From Gemmatimonadota bacterium (GTDB lineage: Bacteria > Gemmatimonadota > Gemmatimonadetes > Gemmatimonadales > GWC2-71-9): a DNA stretch of 64,000 bases. Below are positions 18,560 to 27,433 of the stretch, in pieces. Position 1 is the first letter of the stretch; every line of letters begins with the position of its first letter. The notes under the pieces were generated by a model. It had not been told where the DNA came from, did not search any database, and worked only from the letters and a program-made list of their open reading frames with translations. Location of the stretch: NCBI GenBank assembly GCA_022710485.1, contig JAKLGU010000002.1, positions 2,682 to 66,681 on the forward strand, in the 5' to 3' direction. The position numbers were made by a program, and so were the translations under genes.

Positions 18560-19953
18560 AGTTTCCTCTCCGGGCCGCGGCCGGCGAGCCGCCGGAGCGC
18601 CCCCTCGAATCGCCGACGCTCACGCTGCCCCCACGACCGTCGCGCGCGCAGGCGCGCCCGTGCCTCGGCCAGGCCGAGATTGCCGAGTCCGCCGGTGGAC
18701 CGCCGGCGCGCAAGGATCTGCCGGTAGGTCGGCGCCGGGAACCGCGCGCCGGCCTTGAGTTCGGACGCGACGTCGCGGTAGGCGCGACGGAACGGCACTC
18801 CGGACTCGACCCGGCGCATGACCTCGTCCGTCGCCAGCGCATCTCCGGCGAGGGCCGCGCCGCACCTGGCCGCGGCGACGCCGAGCGACGGGATGGCCAC
18901 CGTCAGCATCGAGAGCATCTCGCGGGTGCGCTGCAGCCCCCGGAAGAGCGGCTCCTTCAGCAGCTGGAAGTCGCGGTGGTAGCCGCCGGTCAGTCGTGAC
19001 CCGACTTGCACCACCGCGGCGTGATCGCCGTGGAGAGCGGCGGCGCGCGCCCTGGTGAGTTCGAAGAGATCGGGATTCCGCTTGTGCGGCATGATGCTGG
19101 ACCCGGTGGCCAGGCGGCCGGGGAGCACGAGGTACCCGTACTCGTCCGCACTGAAGAGAATCACGTCGGCGCTGAACCGCGCCATGTCATGCCCCAGCTC
19201 CCCGCACCACGCCAGGACGGCCGCCTCCAGCTTGCCCCGGCCGAGCTGCACCGCGGCCACGTTGTGCTCGACGGCGGCGAAGCCGAGCGCCCTGGCGGCC
19301 GCTTCACGGTCGAGCGGCAGCGGCACGCCATACCCGGCGGCGCTCCCGAGTGGTGAACGGTCCACGCGCCCCCAGAGCGCGGGCAGCGACTCGAGCGTGT
19401 CGAGGATCCCCTCGGCATAGGCCGCCGCCCACAGCCCGACTGACGAGGGCATCGCTTTTCGGGAGTGCGTGTAGCCGGGCCAGAGCTGGTCGCGATGGCG
19501 CGACGCGAAGTCGAGGAGGGCCTCGGCCACGTCTTCGGCCGCCTCCTCCAGTTCGAGCAGCTGGTTCTTGAGATACAACCGGAGGTCGCAGGCCACCTGA
19601 TCGTTGCGTGACCGGCCAGTGTGCAGCCGCTCCCCCGCGACGCCGTCCCGTCTCGTTAGCCAGTCCTCGACGGCGCTGTGCGCGTCTTCGTGCACGAGAT
19701 CCACCACCAGCGCCCCGTCCTCCACCTCGCGCAGCGCGCGCCGCAGGGCTGCCCGGAGCTTCCCGTGCGCGCCGGCGGTCAGCAGGCCGGAGGCGCGAAG
19801 TCCTTCCGCGTGGCCGAGGCTCCCGTACACGTCCCACGGCAGGAGCCGCATGTCCCAGTGGCGGTCCTCGCCGACGGTGTAGTCGAGCATAAGACGATCG
19901 GGATCGTCCGACGGTGACCAGAGCGTGTGCGGCGTGGCGCGGCGACGGGTCAT
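18556..19953 (-). CDS. argH: Argininosuccinate lyase
   Basis: Fumarate-lyase family signature GSSIMPHKRNPD and TGRSRNDQV. ATG 19953 forms an ATGA overlap with the upstream stop. The ORF-track N-terminal 105 aa were rejected. Confidence 0.9.
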   Translation of the reverse strand: MTRRRATPHTLWSPSDDPDRLMLDYTVGEDRHWDMRLLPWDVYGSLGHAEGLRASGLLTAGAHGKLRAALRRALREVEDGALVVDLVHEDAHSAVEDWLTRRDGVAGERLHTGRSRNDQVACDLRLYLKNQLLELEEAAEDVAEALLDFASRHRDQLWPGYTHSRKAMPSSVGLWAAAYAEGILDTLESLPALWGRVDRSPLGSAAGYGVPLPLDREAAARALGFAAVEHNVAAVQLGRGKLEAAVLAWCGELGHDMARFSADVILFSADEYGYLVLPGRLATGSSIMPHKRNPDLFELTRARAAALHGDHAAVVQVGSRLTGGYHRDFQLLKEPLFRGLQRTREMLSMLTVAIPSLGVAAARCGAALAGDALATDEVMRRVESGVPFRRAYRDVASELKAGARFPAPTYRQILARRRSTGGLGNLGLAEARARLRARRSWGQRERRRFEGALRRLAGRGPERKL

Positions 19954-20981
19954 GCCAGGTACTCCCCTGCGAGGTCGGCGTAGAACCGACGGGCGGCGGT
20001 CACCTGCCCCAAATCTACGCACTCGTCGGGCGTGTGCGACCGCCGGCTCGTGCCGGGCCCGCACTTGACCGCGTCCACGTGGCGGAGGAATACCCAGTCG
20101 CTGCAGGTCGGGCTGCCGTACCGCTTGGCCGCGGGCCGGAGCGCCGCGCACACCGGCAGGAGCGAGGAGTCGGCCGGCGTTTCGCATGGGACAAGGCGGT
20201 CGGACGTGACGACGACTTCGCTCTCGAGCGCTGCCCTGAGCCCGTCCGCAAGCTCGGCGTGACTCCATGCCGGCGTGCTCCGGACGTCGAGCACCGCCGT
20301 GGCCGACGGGGGCGTCACGTTCCGGCTCACGCCGGCCGTGACCATGGTCGGCGTCACGGTGGGGTGCCCGAGGATCGGGTGGGGGCGGTTCCTGAAAAGC
20401 GCGTCGAGCCGGACGAGATCGCGTGCGAGCGCCGTCAGCGCGTTCGTGAAGGGGCCGTCGTCGGTCACCCGGCCCGCGTGCCGCTGGTCGCCCCGGGCGA
20501 CGAGGTCGATCATCATGAGGCCCCGTTGCGCGATGGCGAAGTCCAGGTCGGTCGGCTCGCCTACGACGGCGGCGTCGATCGGACCGGCCCGCGCTACCAG
20601 GTCCGGCATCGATGTATTTCGCGTTTCCTCACCGAAACCGAAGAGCACGAGCAGGTCCCCCCGGCGGGGGCCTCCCCGCGCGGCGACGTCGTGCGCCGCC
20701 GTCAGCATCGCGGCCACCGAGGCCTTGGCGTCGCCCGAGCCGCGCCCGAAGAGCTGATTTTCCAGTATGACCGGCGTGAAGGGATCGCGCGTCCAGCCGT
20801 AGCCGGGCGGAACTACGTCGAGGTGCGAGACGAGGGCGAGGGTCCGTCCCGGCGCCTTGCCGGCGATACGCACCGAGACGCCAGTCGCGTCCCGGACGAC
20901 GGGCAGGTCCCAGCCGCGCGCCCGCTCCTCGACGAGCGCCGCCACCGCCTCCTCCTCGCCACTGACGGAGGGGACGGCCAC
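19950..20981 (-). CDS. M20-family deacylase (acetylornithine/acetylcitrulline deacetylase, ArgE-like)
   Basis: VPSVSGEEEAVAALV N-terminus, HLDVVP, GRGSGDAKASV and FGFGEE metal-ligand motifs; located inside the arg operon. The start may lie slightly upstream (EVELLRELV is in frame). Confidence 0.75.
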   Translation of the reverse strand: MAVPSVSGEEEAVAALVEERARGWDLPVVRDATGVSVRIAGKAPGRTLALVSHLDVVPPGYGWTRDPFTPVILENQLFGRGSGDAKASVAAMLTAAHDVAARGGPRRGDLLVLFGFGEETRNTSMPDLVARAGPIDAAVVGEPTDLDFAIAQRGLMMIDLVARGDQRHAGRVTDDGPFTNALTALARDLVRLDALFRNRPHPILGHPTVTPTMVTAGVSRNVTPPSATAVLDVRSTPAWSHAELADGLRAALESEVVVTSDRLVPCETPADSSLLPVCAALRPAAKRYGSPTCSDWVFLRHVDAVKCGPGTSRRSHTPDECVDLGQVTAARRFYADLAGEYLA

Positions 20982-21003
20982 GAGCTCGCGAAGCAGCTCG
21001 ACT

Positions 21004-21939
21004 TCAGTCGGCCAGGTCGACGCCGAGATAGGTCGCCTTCTCCTTTCGTCCGACGATCATGGTGCCGCAGCCGGCGCCCGTGAACACCTCCAGGAGGAGC
21101 GCGTCGGCCACGCGACCGTCGATGATGTGCGTCCGCTCGACGCCGCCGGTGGCCGCGCGGATGCAGGCCTCGACCTTGGGGCGCATCCCGCCCGCGACCG
21201 CGCCGCTGGCCAGGAGGCTCGCCAGGTCGTCCGGGTCTGCGAACGCGACGAGGCTGGAGGGATCTTCCCGGTCCCGCAGCACGCCCGGGGCGCCGGTCAG
21301 AAAGATGAGCTTCTGCGCGCGGAGCGCGACGGCCAGCGATTCGGCCACGGTATCCGCGTTGACGTTGAACACGTTGCCGTCGCCGTCGCCGGCCAGGCTG
21401 GCGACCACCGGCACGAACCTGGCCTCGAGCAGCGTCAGCAGCACCCGCGGGTCCACGCGATCAAGGTCGCCGACGTGGCCGTAGTCCACCGTCTGGGTCT
21501 TCCCGGCGTCGTCCACCACCTTGACGGGGGCGCGGCGGTGGGCGGTGATGAGGTCGGCGTCCACTCCGCTCAGCCCCACCGCCTGCGCCTCGTGCGCGCG
21601 CAGCGAGGCCAGCAGGTCCACGTTTAGCTGCCCGGCGTAGACCATCTTCGCGACGGACAGGGCGTCGTCGTCGGTGACGCGTCGCCCGGCGACGATCCGC
21701 GGCTCGTGGCCCATCCGGCGGCTGAGCGCCGTGGCCTGCGGGCCGCCGCCATGCACCACCACGAGGCGGATGCCGAGGCTGGACAGGAGCGACACCTGGG
21801 CGGCGATATCGTCCACCGCCCGTGGGTCCGCCAGCACCTCGCCGCCGAGCTTGACCACGAAGATCTGGTCACGATAGGCGCGGACATAGCGCAAGGCGCC
21901 CTTCAGTCCGGCAATTCCCTTTGACGTGTCAATGCTCAC
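21004..21939 (-). CDS. argB: Acetylglutamate kinase
   Basis: IFVVKLGGEVL and VVHGGGPQ amino-acid-kinase motifs. GTG 21939 (preceded by GGGAG) overlaps the upstream stop as GTGA. Confidence 0.9.
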   Translation of the reverse strand: MSIDTSKGIAGLKGALRYVRAYRDQIFVVKLGGEVLADPRAVDDIAAQVSLLSSLGIRLVVVHGGGPQATALSRRMGHEPRIVAGRRVTDDDALSVAKMVYAGQLNVDLLASLRAHEAQAVGLSGVDADLITAHRRAPVKVVDDAGKTQTVDYGHVGDLDRVDPRVLLTLLEARFVPVVASLAGDGDGNVFNVNADTVAESLAVALRAQKLIFLTGAPGVLRDREDPSSLVAFADPDDLASLLASGAVAGGMRPKVEACIRAATGGVERTHIIDGRVADALLLEVFTGAGCGTMIVGRKEKATYLGVDLAD

Positions 21940-22955
21940 CGTACACTCCCGATCATCGAGAGGAGGAGCGCCCGCTGCACATGCAGCCGGTTCTCCGCCT
22001 CGTCCACTACCACTGACTGCGGCCCGTCGAGCACCGCGTCGTCGATCTCGACGTTGCGGCGCACCGGCAGGCAGTGCATGGCGATGCCCTTGCCGCCCCG
22101 CGTGGTGCGCATGTGCTCCGCCGTCAGGCGCCAACCCCGGCTCCGGTCGAACCAGGCCCGCTGGGCCTCGGGCTGGCCGTAGAGTGACACGGGCCCCCAC
22201 GACTTGGCGTACACGGCGTCGGCGCTGGCGATGGCATCAGCCTGGTCGTGCACGACGCTCACCCGGCCGCCACCCGCCTCCCGGGCCAGCGACTGGATCC
22301 GGGCGACGTCCTCCGGGTCCAGGTCGCACCCTTCCGGGGCGGCGATGGTGATGTCCATGCCCATGCGCGCCGCCGCCAGGGCGGCGCTCACCGGCACGGC
22401 GGTCGGGAGGGCCTTCGGGTGCCACGCCCAGGTGAGCACGAACTTCCTGCCCCGGGTCTCCCCGAGCTTTTCACGAAGCGTGAAGGCGTCCGCCAGCTCC
22501 TGGCATGGATGACGGCGGGACGACTCGAGGTTGATGACCGGCTTCTCGCAGTGGCGGGCGAACTGCCGGAGCACGGCGTCCTCGCGCGCGGTCGGCCAGT
22601 CGCCGCCGCGCGGAAACGCGCGAACGGCGAGAGCGTCGGCGTAGCGGCCGAGCACACGCGCGGCCTCGGTGACGTGCTCGACGGTGTCGCGGTCCATCAC
22701 GACGCCGTCCTCGGTCTCGAGCGCCCAGCTCCCCTTTCCCGGCTCGAGGACCACGGCGTGCCCGCCGTGCAGGAACATCCCGGCTTCGAAGCTGGTCCGC
22801 GTGCGAAGGCTTGGGTCGAGGAAAACCATCGCCAGCACCTTCCGCTCCAGGCCGCCGACGACCTCGCCTCGCTTGACCCGCGTGGCGAGCGCCAGCAGCG
22901 CCTCCACCTCCTCGTACGACCAGTCCTCCACGGCGAGGAAATCACGCTTGGTCAT
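21936..22955 (-). CDS. argF: N-acyl(acetyl/succinyl)-L-ornithine carbamoyltransferase (ArgF'-type)
   Basis: It has SLRTRTSFE, HPCQELAD and HCLPVRRNVEI. The canonical OTCase DxxxSMG ornithine motif is absent and YAKSWG takes its place, the pattern I associate with the AOTCase/SOTCase branch. Confidence 0.75.
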   Translation of the reverse strand: MTKRDFLAVEDWSYEEVEALLALATRVKRGEVVGGLERKVLAMVFLDPSLRTRTSFEAGMFLHGGHAVVLEPGKGSWALETEDGVVMDRDTVEHVTEAARVLGRYADALAVRAFPRGGDWPTAREDAVLRQFARHCEKPVINLESSRRHPCQELADAFTLREKLGETRGRKFVLTWAWHPKALPTAVPVSAALAAARMGMDITIAAPEGCDLDPEDVARIQSLAREAGGGRVSVVHDQADAIASADAVYAKSWGPVSLYGQPEAQRAWFDRSRGWRLTAEHMRTTRGGKGIAMHCLPVRRNVEIDDAVLDGPQSVVVDEAENRLHVQRALLLSMIGSVR

Positions 22956-24100
22956 GCCAGCACCTCGCGAAGCCCAGCGAGCAGCAGATCGGCCTCGTGG
23001 ACGGTCAGCGTGAGGGGCGGCATGATCCGCAGGACGTTGGGGTCCGCGGACGTCCCCGTGAGGATGCGGTGAGCGAAGAGTGCCTGCTGCAGCTCCTTGG
23101 CCGGTCGGCCGAAGTCCAGCCCGAGCAGGAGCCCACGGCCCCACACCTTTCGGGCTCCCAGTGCCCGGGCCCCCGCAGCGATGTGCGCGCCGACGCGCGC
23201 CGCGTTGCCGGTGAGATCCTCGTCGGCAATCACCGACAGGGTGGCGAGTGCCGCGGCGCACGCCACGGGTCCGCCGCCGAAGGTGCTGCCGAGGTCCCCG
23301 ACGCCGATCCCCATGGCCAGCATTGGCCCGGCCACCACCGCGCCGATCGGGTAGCCCGACCCAAGGCCCTTCGCGAGGGTGAGCCCGTCGGGCACCACGC
23401 CGTACAACTCGGCGGCGGTGAAGGCGCCGCTCCGCCCGACGCCGCACTGCACCTCGTCGAAGAGGAGCGCGATGCCGCGCTCGGTGCATAGGCGGCGGGC
23501 GGCCGCCAGGAACTCCACGCTGCAGTCTCGGGCGCCGGCCATCCCTTGTACCGGCTCCACGATGAGCGCAGCCATGGTGTCATCGAGCACCGAGTCGAGC
23601 GAGGCGACGTCGTCGAACGCGACGCGCGCCGACAGCGCCATGCCGGCGCGGACCGCGCCCGCTTCGTACGACCGCCCGTCGCAGCAGGCCAGGGTCGCGA
23701 CAGTGCGCCCGTGCCATCCACCGGTGACCGAGGCCACGGCCTTCCGTCCGGTGGCCTTCCGGGCCAGGTGCAGTGCGTTTTCGTTGGCCTCCGCCCCGGA
23801 GTTGCAGAAGAAGACCCTGCCGAGGGGACCGGGGCACCGTTCGGCGAGTGCAGCGGCGAGCTGCTCGCGAAGGGGGTGCGGGACCGCCGTGGAGTAGAAG
23901 AAGAGCCGGCCCGCCTGTTCGGCGATCGCCGACACCACGCGCGGATGGCTGTGACCGGTGGAGGCCACGGCGTGACCGCCGTAGGCGTCGAGCCACTCCG
24001 CCCCGCTTTCGTCGACCAGCCAGGCGCCCCGCCCAGACACCGGCCGGACCGGCATCTGGGCGTAGACCGGCAGGAGGGCCTGCTCGCCCGCCCTCAGCAT
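22952..24100 (-). CDS. argD: Acetylornithine aminotransferase
   Basis: Class III aminotransferase: FFCNSGAEANE, LLFDEVQCGVGRSG and LTLAKGLGSGYPIG (PLP lysine). ATG 24100 overlaps the argC stop by 7 nt. Confidence 0.9.
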   Translation of the reverse strand: MLRAGEQALLPVYAQMPVRPVSGRGAWLVDESGAEWLDAYGGHAVASTGHSHPRVVSAIAEQAGRLFFYSTAVPHPLREQLAAALAERCPGPLGRVFFCNSGAEANENALHLARKATGRKAVASVTGGWHGRTVATLACCDGRSYEAGAVRAGMALSARVAFDDVASLDSVLDDTMAALIVEPVQGMAGARDCSVEFLAAARRLCTERGIALLFDEVQCGVGRSGAFTAAELYGVVPDGLTLAKGLGSGYPIGAVVAGPMLAMGIGVGDLGSTFGGGPVACAAALATLSVIADEDLTGNAARVGAHIAAGARALGARKVWGRGLLLGLDFGRPAKELQQALFAHRILTGTSADPNVLRIMPPLTLTVHEADLLLAGLREVLA

Positions 24101-25122
24101 GGGAACGGCGCCGCCAGCCGGAGGCCGGCCGACTCGTCGAGGCCGAGCGCGAGGTTCATCGCCTGCACGGCCTGCCCCCCGGCGCCCTTGATCAGGTTGT
24201 CGAGCACCACCATCACCTGCACCTCGCCGGTCGCGGCGTCGCCCGCGGCGTGAATGAGCGCGGTATTGGTGCCGACCGCGTGGGTCAGCTCGGGAGGGCC
24301 GGCCGTGACGTGCACGAAGGGCCGGCCCGCATAGGCCGCCGCGTACCGCGCGCCGACGTCGCCCGCGACATCGGCCGGGACGGTGGCGTGCAGCGTCAGG
24401 TGAATGCCCCGCACAAAGGGACCGGAGTGGGTCATGAGCCGGGCGGTGGCCATGGGGGTCTCGGTCCAGCCGCGCCACGCGTGCAGCACCTCGGCGTCGT
24501 GCCGGTGCTGCAGCACGGAGTAGGCGAAGAGGTTGTTGGCGCGCGCCGGGTGGTGGGTTGTCGGTTTCGGATGGACGCCGGCACCGCTCGACCCGGTCAC
24601 ACCGAACAGCGCCGGGATGCCGGTGACGCCGGCGCCCTTGAGGGGGAAGAGCGCCAGCTGCGCCGCCGTGGCGAAGCAGCCGGGCGCCGCGAGCGCCGTG
24701 GCGCCGCGCAGCTCAGCGCCGAGAATGTCCGCGAGCGCGTAGGTGAAGCGCGTGACCAGGTCCGGCGCGGCGTGCACCCCGTAGTACCGCTCGTACAGCC
24801 GGAGGTCGCGCACACGAAAATCGGCGGCCAGGTCCACGACGAGACCGGGACCGGCGTCGAACACCTCGCCCGCCACCTTCGAGGACTCCCCGTGCTCGAG
24901 CGAGAGAAAGACGACGTCCTGACCGCGGGCCGCTTCGCCTGCGGAGAGTCCCGCGAAACGCGCCTCGGTCAGCTGGGCGAGGGCCGGATGCACGTCGGCG
25001 ATGGGGCGACCGGCCTGGCTCCGGCTGGTCGCCACGACTTCCGTGATGTCCGGGTGCTGCAGCACCAGCCGGAGCAACTCGCCGCCCACGTACCCGGCCG
25101 CCCCGACGACGGCGACCTTCAC
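24094..25122 (-). CDS. argC: N-acetyl-gamma-glutamyl-phosphate reductase
   Basis: MKVAVVGAAGYVGGELLRLV Rossmann N-terminus, active-site APGCFATAA, and C-terminal DNLIKGAGGQAVQAMN. Confidence 0.9.
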   Translation of the reverse strand: MKVAVVGAAGYVGGELLRLVLQHPDITEVVATSRSQAGRPIADVHPALAQLTEARFAGLSAGEAARGQDVVFLSLEHGESSKVAGEVFDAGPGLVVDLAADFRVRDLRLYERYYGVHAAPDLVTRFTYALADILGAELRGATALAAPGCFATAAQLALFPLKGAGVTGIPALFGVTGSSGAGVHPKPTTHHPARANNLFAYSVLQHRHDAEVLHAWRGWTETPMATARLMTHSGPFVRGIHLTLHATVPADVAGDVGARYAAAYAGRPFVHVTAGPPELTHAVGTNTALIHAAGDAATGEVQVMVVLDNLIKGAGGQAVQAMNLALGLDESAGLRLAAPFPC

Positions 25123-26177
25123 CTCGACTCCAAGGCGGCGGTGACGGTGGCGAGCAGGCCGGCGGCGTCGCGCAACGCGTTGTGCGCCGGGATGCCGAGG
25201 GCCGCGCTGATGTAGTCACGGCCCACCTGGTTGTCGGTGGCCGGTCCGGTGAGGACGGTGATGGGGAGCCCGTAGGTGTTCCGCATGAGCTGGTCGGCGC
25301 CCCAGCAGCCGACCGGGTCGGGCGCGGCCATGACCCAGGCCTGGCCCGCAGCCGAAAGCTCGCGATCCCGCAGGATGTCCTGGACGCCGTACTCGCCGAG
25401 GATGCCGTCGCCCAGTTCGGCAACGATCACGTCGGGGCGCACCGTGCGCTGGAGGTGGTTGAAGAGCCCCTTGGCGACCGGGACGGTCATGCCGGCATGC
25501 GTGCTCGCGGCACCCGCGTCGTTGAAGGTCACCGCGGCGACGGCGCCGGCGTCCTGCATGGCCAAGGTGTCACGCATTAGCGATACGCCGGTGAGCTTGG
25601 CCGCCGCCACGCGGAGCCCGCTGCGCGAGAGCCCCCGGACCAGTTCCGTGGCCGCCACCGTCTTGCCGGCGTTCATGCAGGTGCCGGCGATGTACACGAC
25701 GGGCGCCTCGATCTCGAGGACTTCGCTCGAGGGGATGGCGCCATCCCGAATGTGCGCCGGACGGCCGATGCGGTCGCCCAGCGCCGGAAACGCGAGCACC
25801 GCGCCGAGGACCTCGGCCGCGAACGGCGGGCCGATGTCGGGATTGGCAGAAGTGCAGCGGCCGAGCACCCCGCCGAGGTTGAGGACGTCGATGGTGTCGC
25901 CGACGGCGATATGCGGCGGTACCTCGCCGGCATAACCCCGGAGCGCACGACGGCTGCCCAGCGTCCCGGCAAGGACGTCGCCCTTGCGGAGGGACACGAG
26001 CCGACCGGCGAGATCCTCCACGGTGTTGTACGTCGACTTGTCGGTCAGCAGCCGGATGGCCAGCACGTACCCCTCGGCCGCGATGATATCCTGGCCCACG
26101 ATCACCTCCGGGGCCAAGTGGGCGTTCCGGGTCGAGGAGCTGATCCGGTCGAGCCGGACCCGCGTCGTGGTGACCAT
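25119..26177 (-). CDS. Uncharacterised 352-aa protein with a central P-loop-like motif, embedded in the arg operon
   Basis: Coding-like sequence, translationally coupled on both sides (TGATG with argG, GTGA with argC). It has a central GTCMNAGKT motif. No motif matches a canonical arginine-biosynthesis enzyme. Confidence 0.7.
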   Translation of the reverse strand: MVTTTRVRLDRISSSTRNAHLAPEVIVGQDIIAAEGYVLAIRLLTDKSTYNTVEDLAGRLVSLRKGDVLAGTLGSRRALRGYAGEVPPHIAVGDTIDVLNLGGVLGRCTSANPDIGPPFAAEVLGAVLAFPALGDRIGRPAHIRDGAIPSSEVLEIEAPVVYIAGTCMNAGKTVAATELVRGLSRSGLRVAAAKLTGVSLMRDTLAMQDAGAVAAVTFNDAGAASTHAGMTVPVAKGLFNHLQRTVRPDVIVAELGDGILGEYGVQDILRDRELSAAGQAWVMAAPDPVGCWGADQLMRNTYGLPITVLTGPATDNQVGRDYISAALGIPAHNALRDAAGLLATVTAALESR

Positions 26178-27373
26178 CAGCCCTCCCCGGCGGCGCGGGC
26201 GGCGAGCAGGGCCGGAATGGCGGCCACGCGTGCGAACGCGCGCGCCTCGTCGCCGGTCCAGAGGAGGTTTTGCTCGCCGTACGTCGCCACGCGCGGATCC
26301 ATCATCGAGTGCGGGCTCCGCGCGGCCACCACCTGGAACCGGCCCGGCGCCAGCCGGACACGCGTCTCGCCGACCACCCGCTCCTGCGAGTGGGCGAGCA
26401 ACGCCTCGATGTCGCGGAGCGCGGGATCGAAGTATTGACCCTCATGCAACCGATCGCCGTAGAAGGTGGACAGCTGGTCCTTCCAGAAGGCCTGCCACTT
26501 GGTGAGGACGAGCTTCTCGAGCTCGCGGTGCGCCGCCACGAGCAGTACCGCTGCGCCGGCCTCGAAACCGATGCGGCCCTTGATGCCGAGCGCCGTCTCC
26601 CCGACGTGAATGCCGCGCCCGAAGCCGTAGGCGGCGGCGAGCTCGTTCAGCGTCTGGATCACGTCCACGCCCGCCAGACGATTTCCGTCGAGCGACACCG
26701 GCAGCCCGGCCTCCCAGCCGATGACGATCTCCCGGGCGGGCGGTGCATCGGCCGGCGGGTCGAGGAGTTCCGCTGGCGGGCCTGCCCAGGTGTCGTGAGT
26801 CCAGCCGCCGCCCCACGTGGTGCCCCAGAGGCCGGCGTTGATGGAGTAGGCCCCAGCCTTGGCCGGCACCGGAAGGCGCCGGGCCTCGAGGTAGGCGATG
26901 GCCTGGCTGCGGGAGAGGCCTTCGTCCCGGATGGGGGTGAGGATGGTGAGATCCGCGGCGAGTACACGCAGGGTGACGTCGAAGCGGACCTGGTCGTTGC
27001 CCGCGCCCGTGGATCCGTGCGCCACGGCGGTCGCGCCGATGGCACGTGCCACCTCGAGCACCGAGATGGCCTGCTGGGTCCGCTCCGCGGCCACGCTCAG
27101 CGGGTAGACCCCGCCTCGGAGCACGTTCCCCTGGATCAGGAAGCGGACGAACCGATCGAACACCAGGGCGCGCGCATCCACCTCATGGTGCGAGACCGAC
27201 CCGACCGCCTCCGCCTGGCGCCGGATGGCGGCTCGCTCGTCCGGTGTGGCACCGCCCGTGTTGACGTACACGGTGTGAACCGCCCAGCCCTGCTCGGCGA
27301 GACGGGGAACGCAGTAGGAAGTGTCGAGTCCGCCTGAAAAGGCCAGGGCGACGATGCCGGATGAAGTATGCAT
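26177..27373 (-). CDS. argG: Argininosuccinate synthase
   Basis: ALAFSGGLDTS ATP-binding motif and GSTGAGNDQVRF. The start is ATG 27373 (MHTSSGIVALAFSGG), or alternatively ATG 27397. Confidence 0.9.
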   Translation of the reverse strand: MHTSSGIVALAFSGGLDTSYCVPRLAEQGWAVHTVYVNTGGATPDERAAIRRQAEAVGSVSHHEVDARALVFDRFVRFLIQGNVLRGGVYPLSVAAERTQQAISVLEVARAIGATAVAHGSTGAGNDQVRFDVTLRVLAADLTILTPIRDEGLSRSQAIAYLEARRLPVPAKAGAYSINAGLWGTTWGGGWTHDTWAGPPAELLDPPADAPPAREIVIGWEAGLPVSLDGNRLAGVDVIQTLNELAAAYGFGRGIHVGETALGIKGRIGFEAGAAVLLVAAHRELEKLVLTKWQAFWKDQLSTFYGDRLHEGQYFDPALRDIEALLAHSQERVVGETRVRLAPGRFQVVAARSPHSMMDPRVATYGEQNLLWTGDEARAFARVAAIPALLAARAAGEG

Positions 27374-27412
27374 AATGGGTAAATATGCACTTGCCATCCG
27401 CCTGGGCGCAAG
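27367..27412 (-). promoter_or_regulatory. Putative arg operon promoter/operator (AT-rich TATGCA repeats)
   Basis: An 8-bp palindrome TATGCATA sits at 27367-27374 and a second TATGCA at 27384-27389. On the minus strand there is a possible TTGCGC-N18-CATATT promoter, which would place the transcription start at or next to ATG 27373. Confidence 0.35.
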
Positions 27413-27433
27413 CCGCCTCCCGGTGCCCGCCCT

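Noticed and set aside
18078-18842. N-terminal ~255 aa of ORF 17712..18842 and the long N-terminal extensions of ORFs 18556..20268, 21004..22200, 21936..23489, 22952..24478 and 32915..34630
   Set aside because: The extensions run through the upstream genes of the arg operon (or of the transporter operon) in another frame. The conserved N-termini and the ATGA/GTGA start-stop overlaps define shorter genes.
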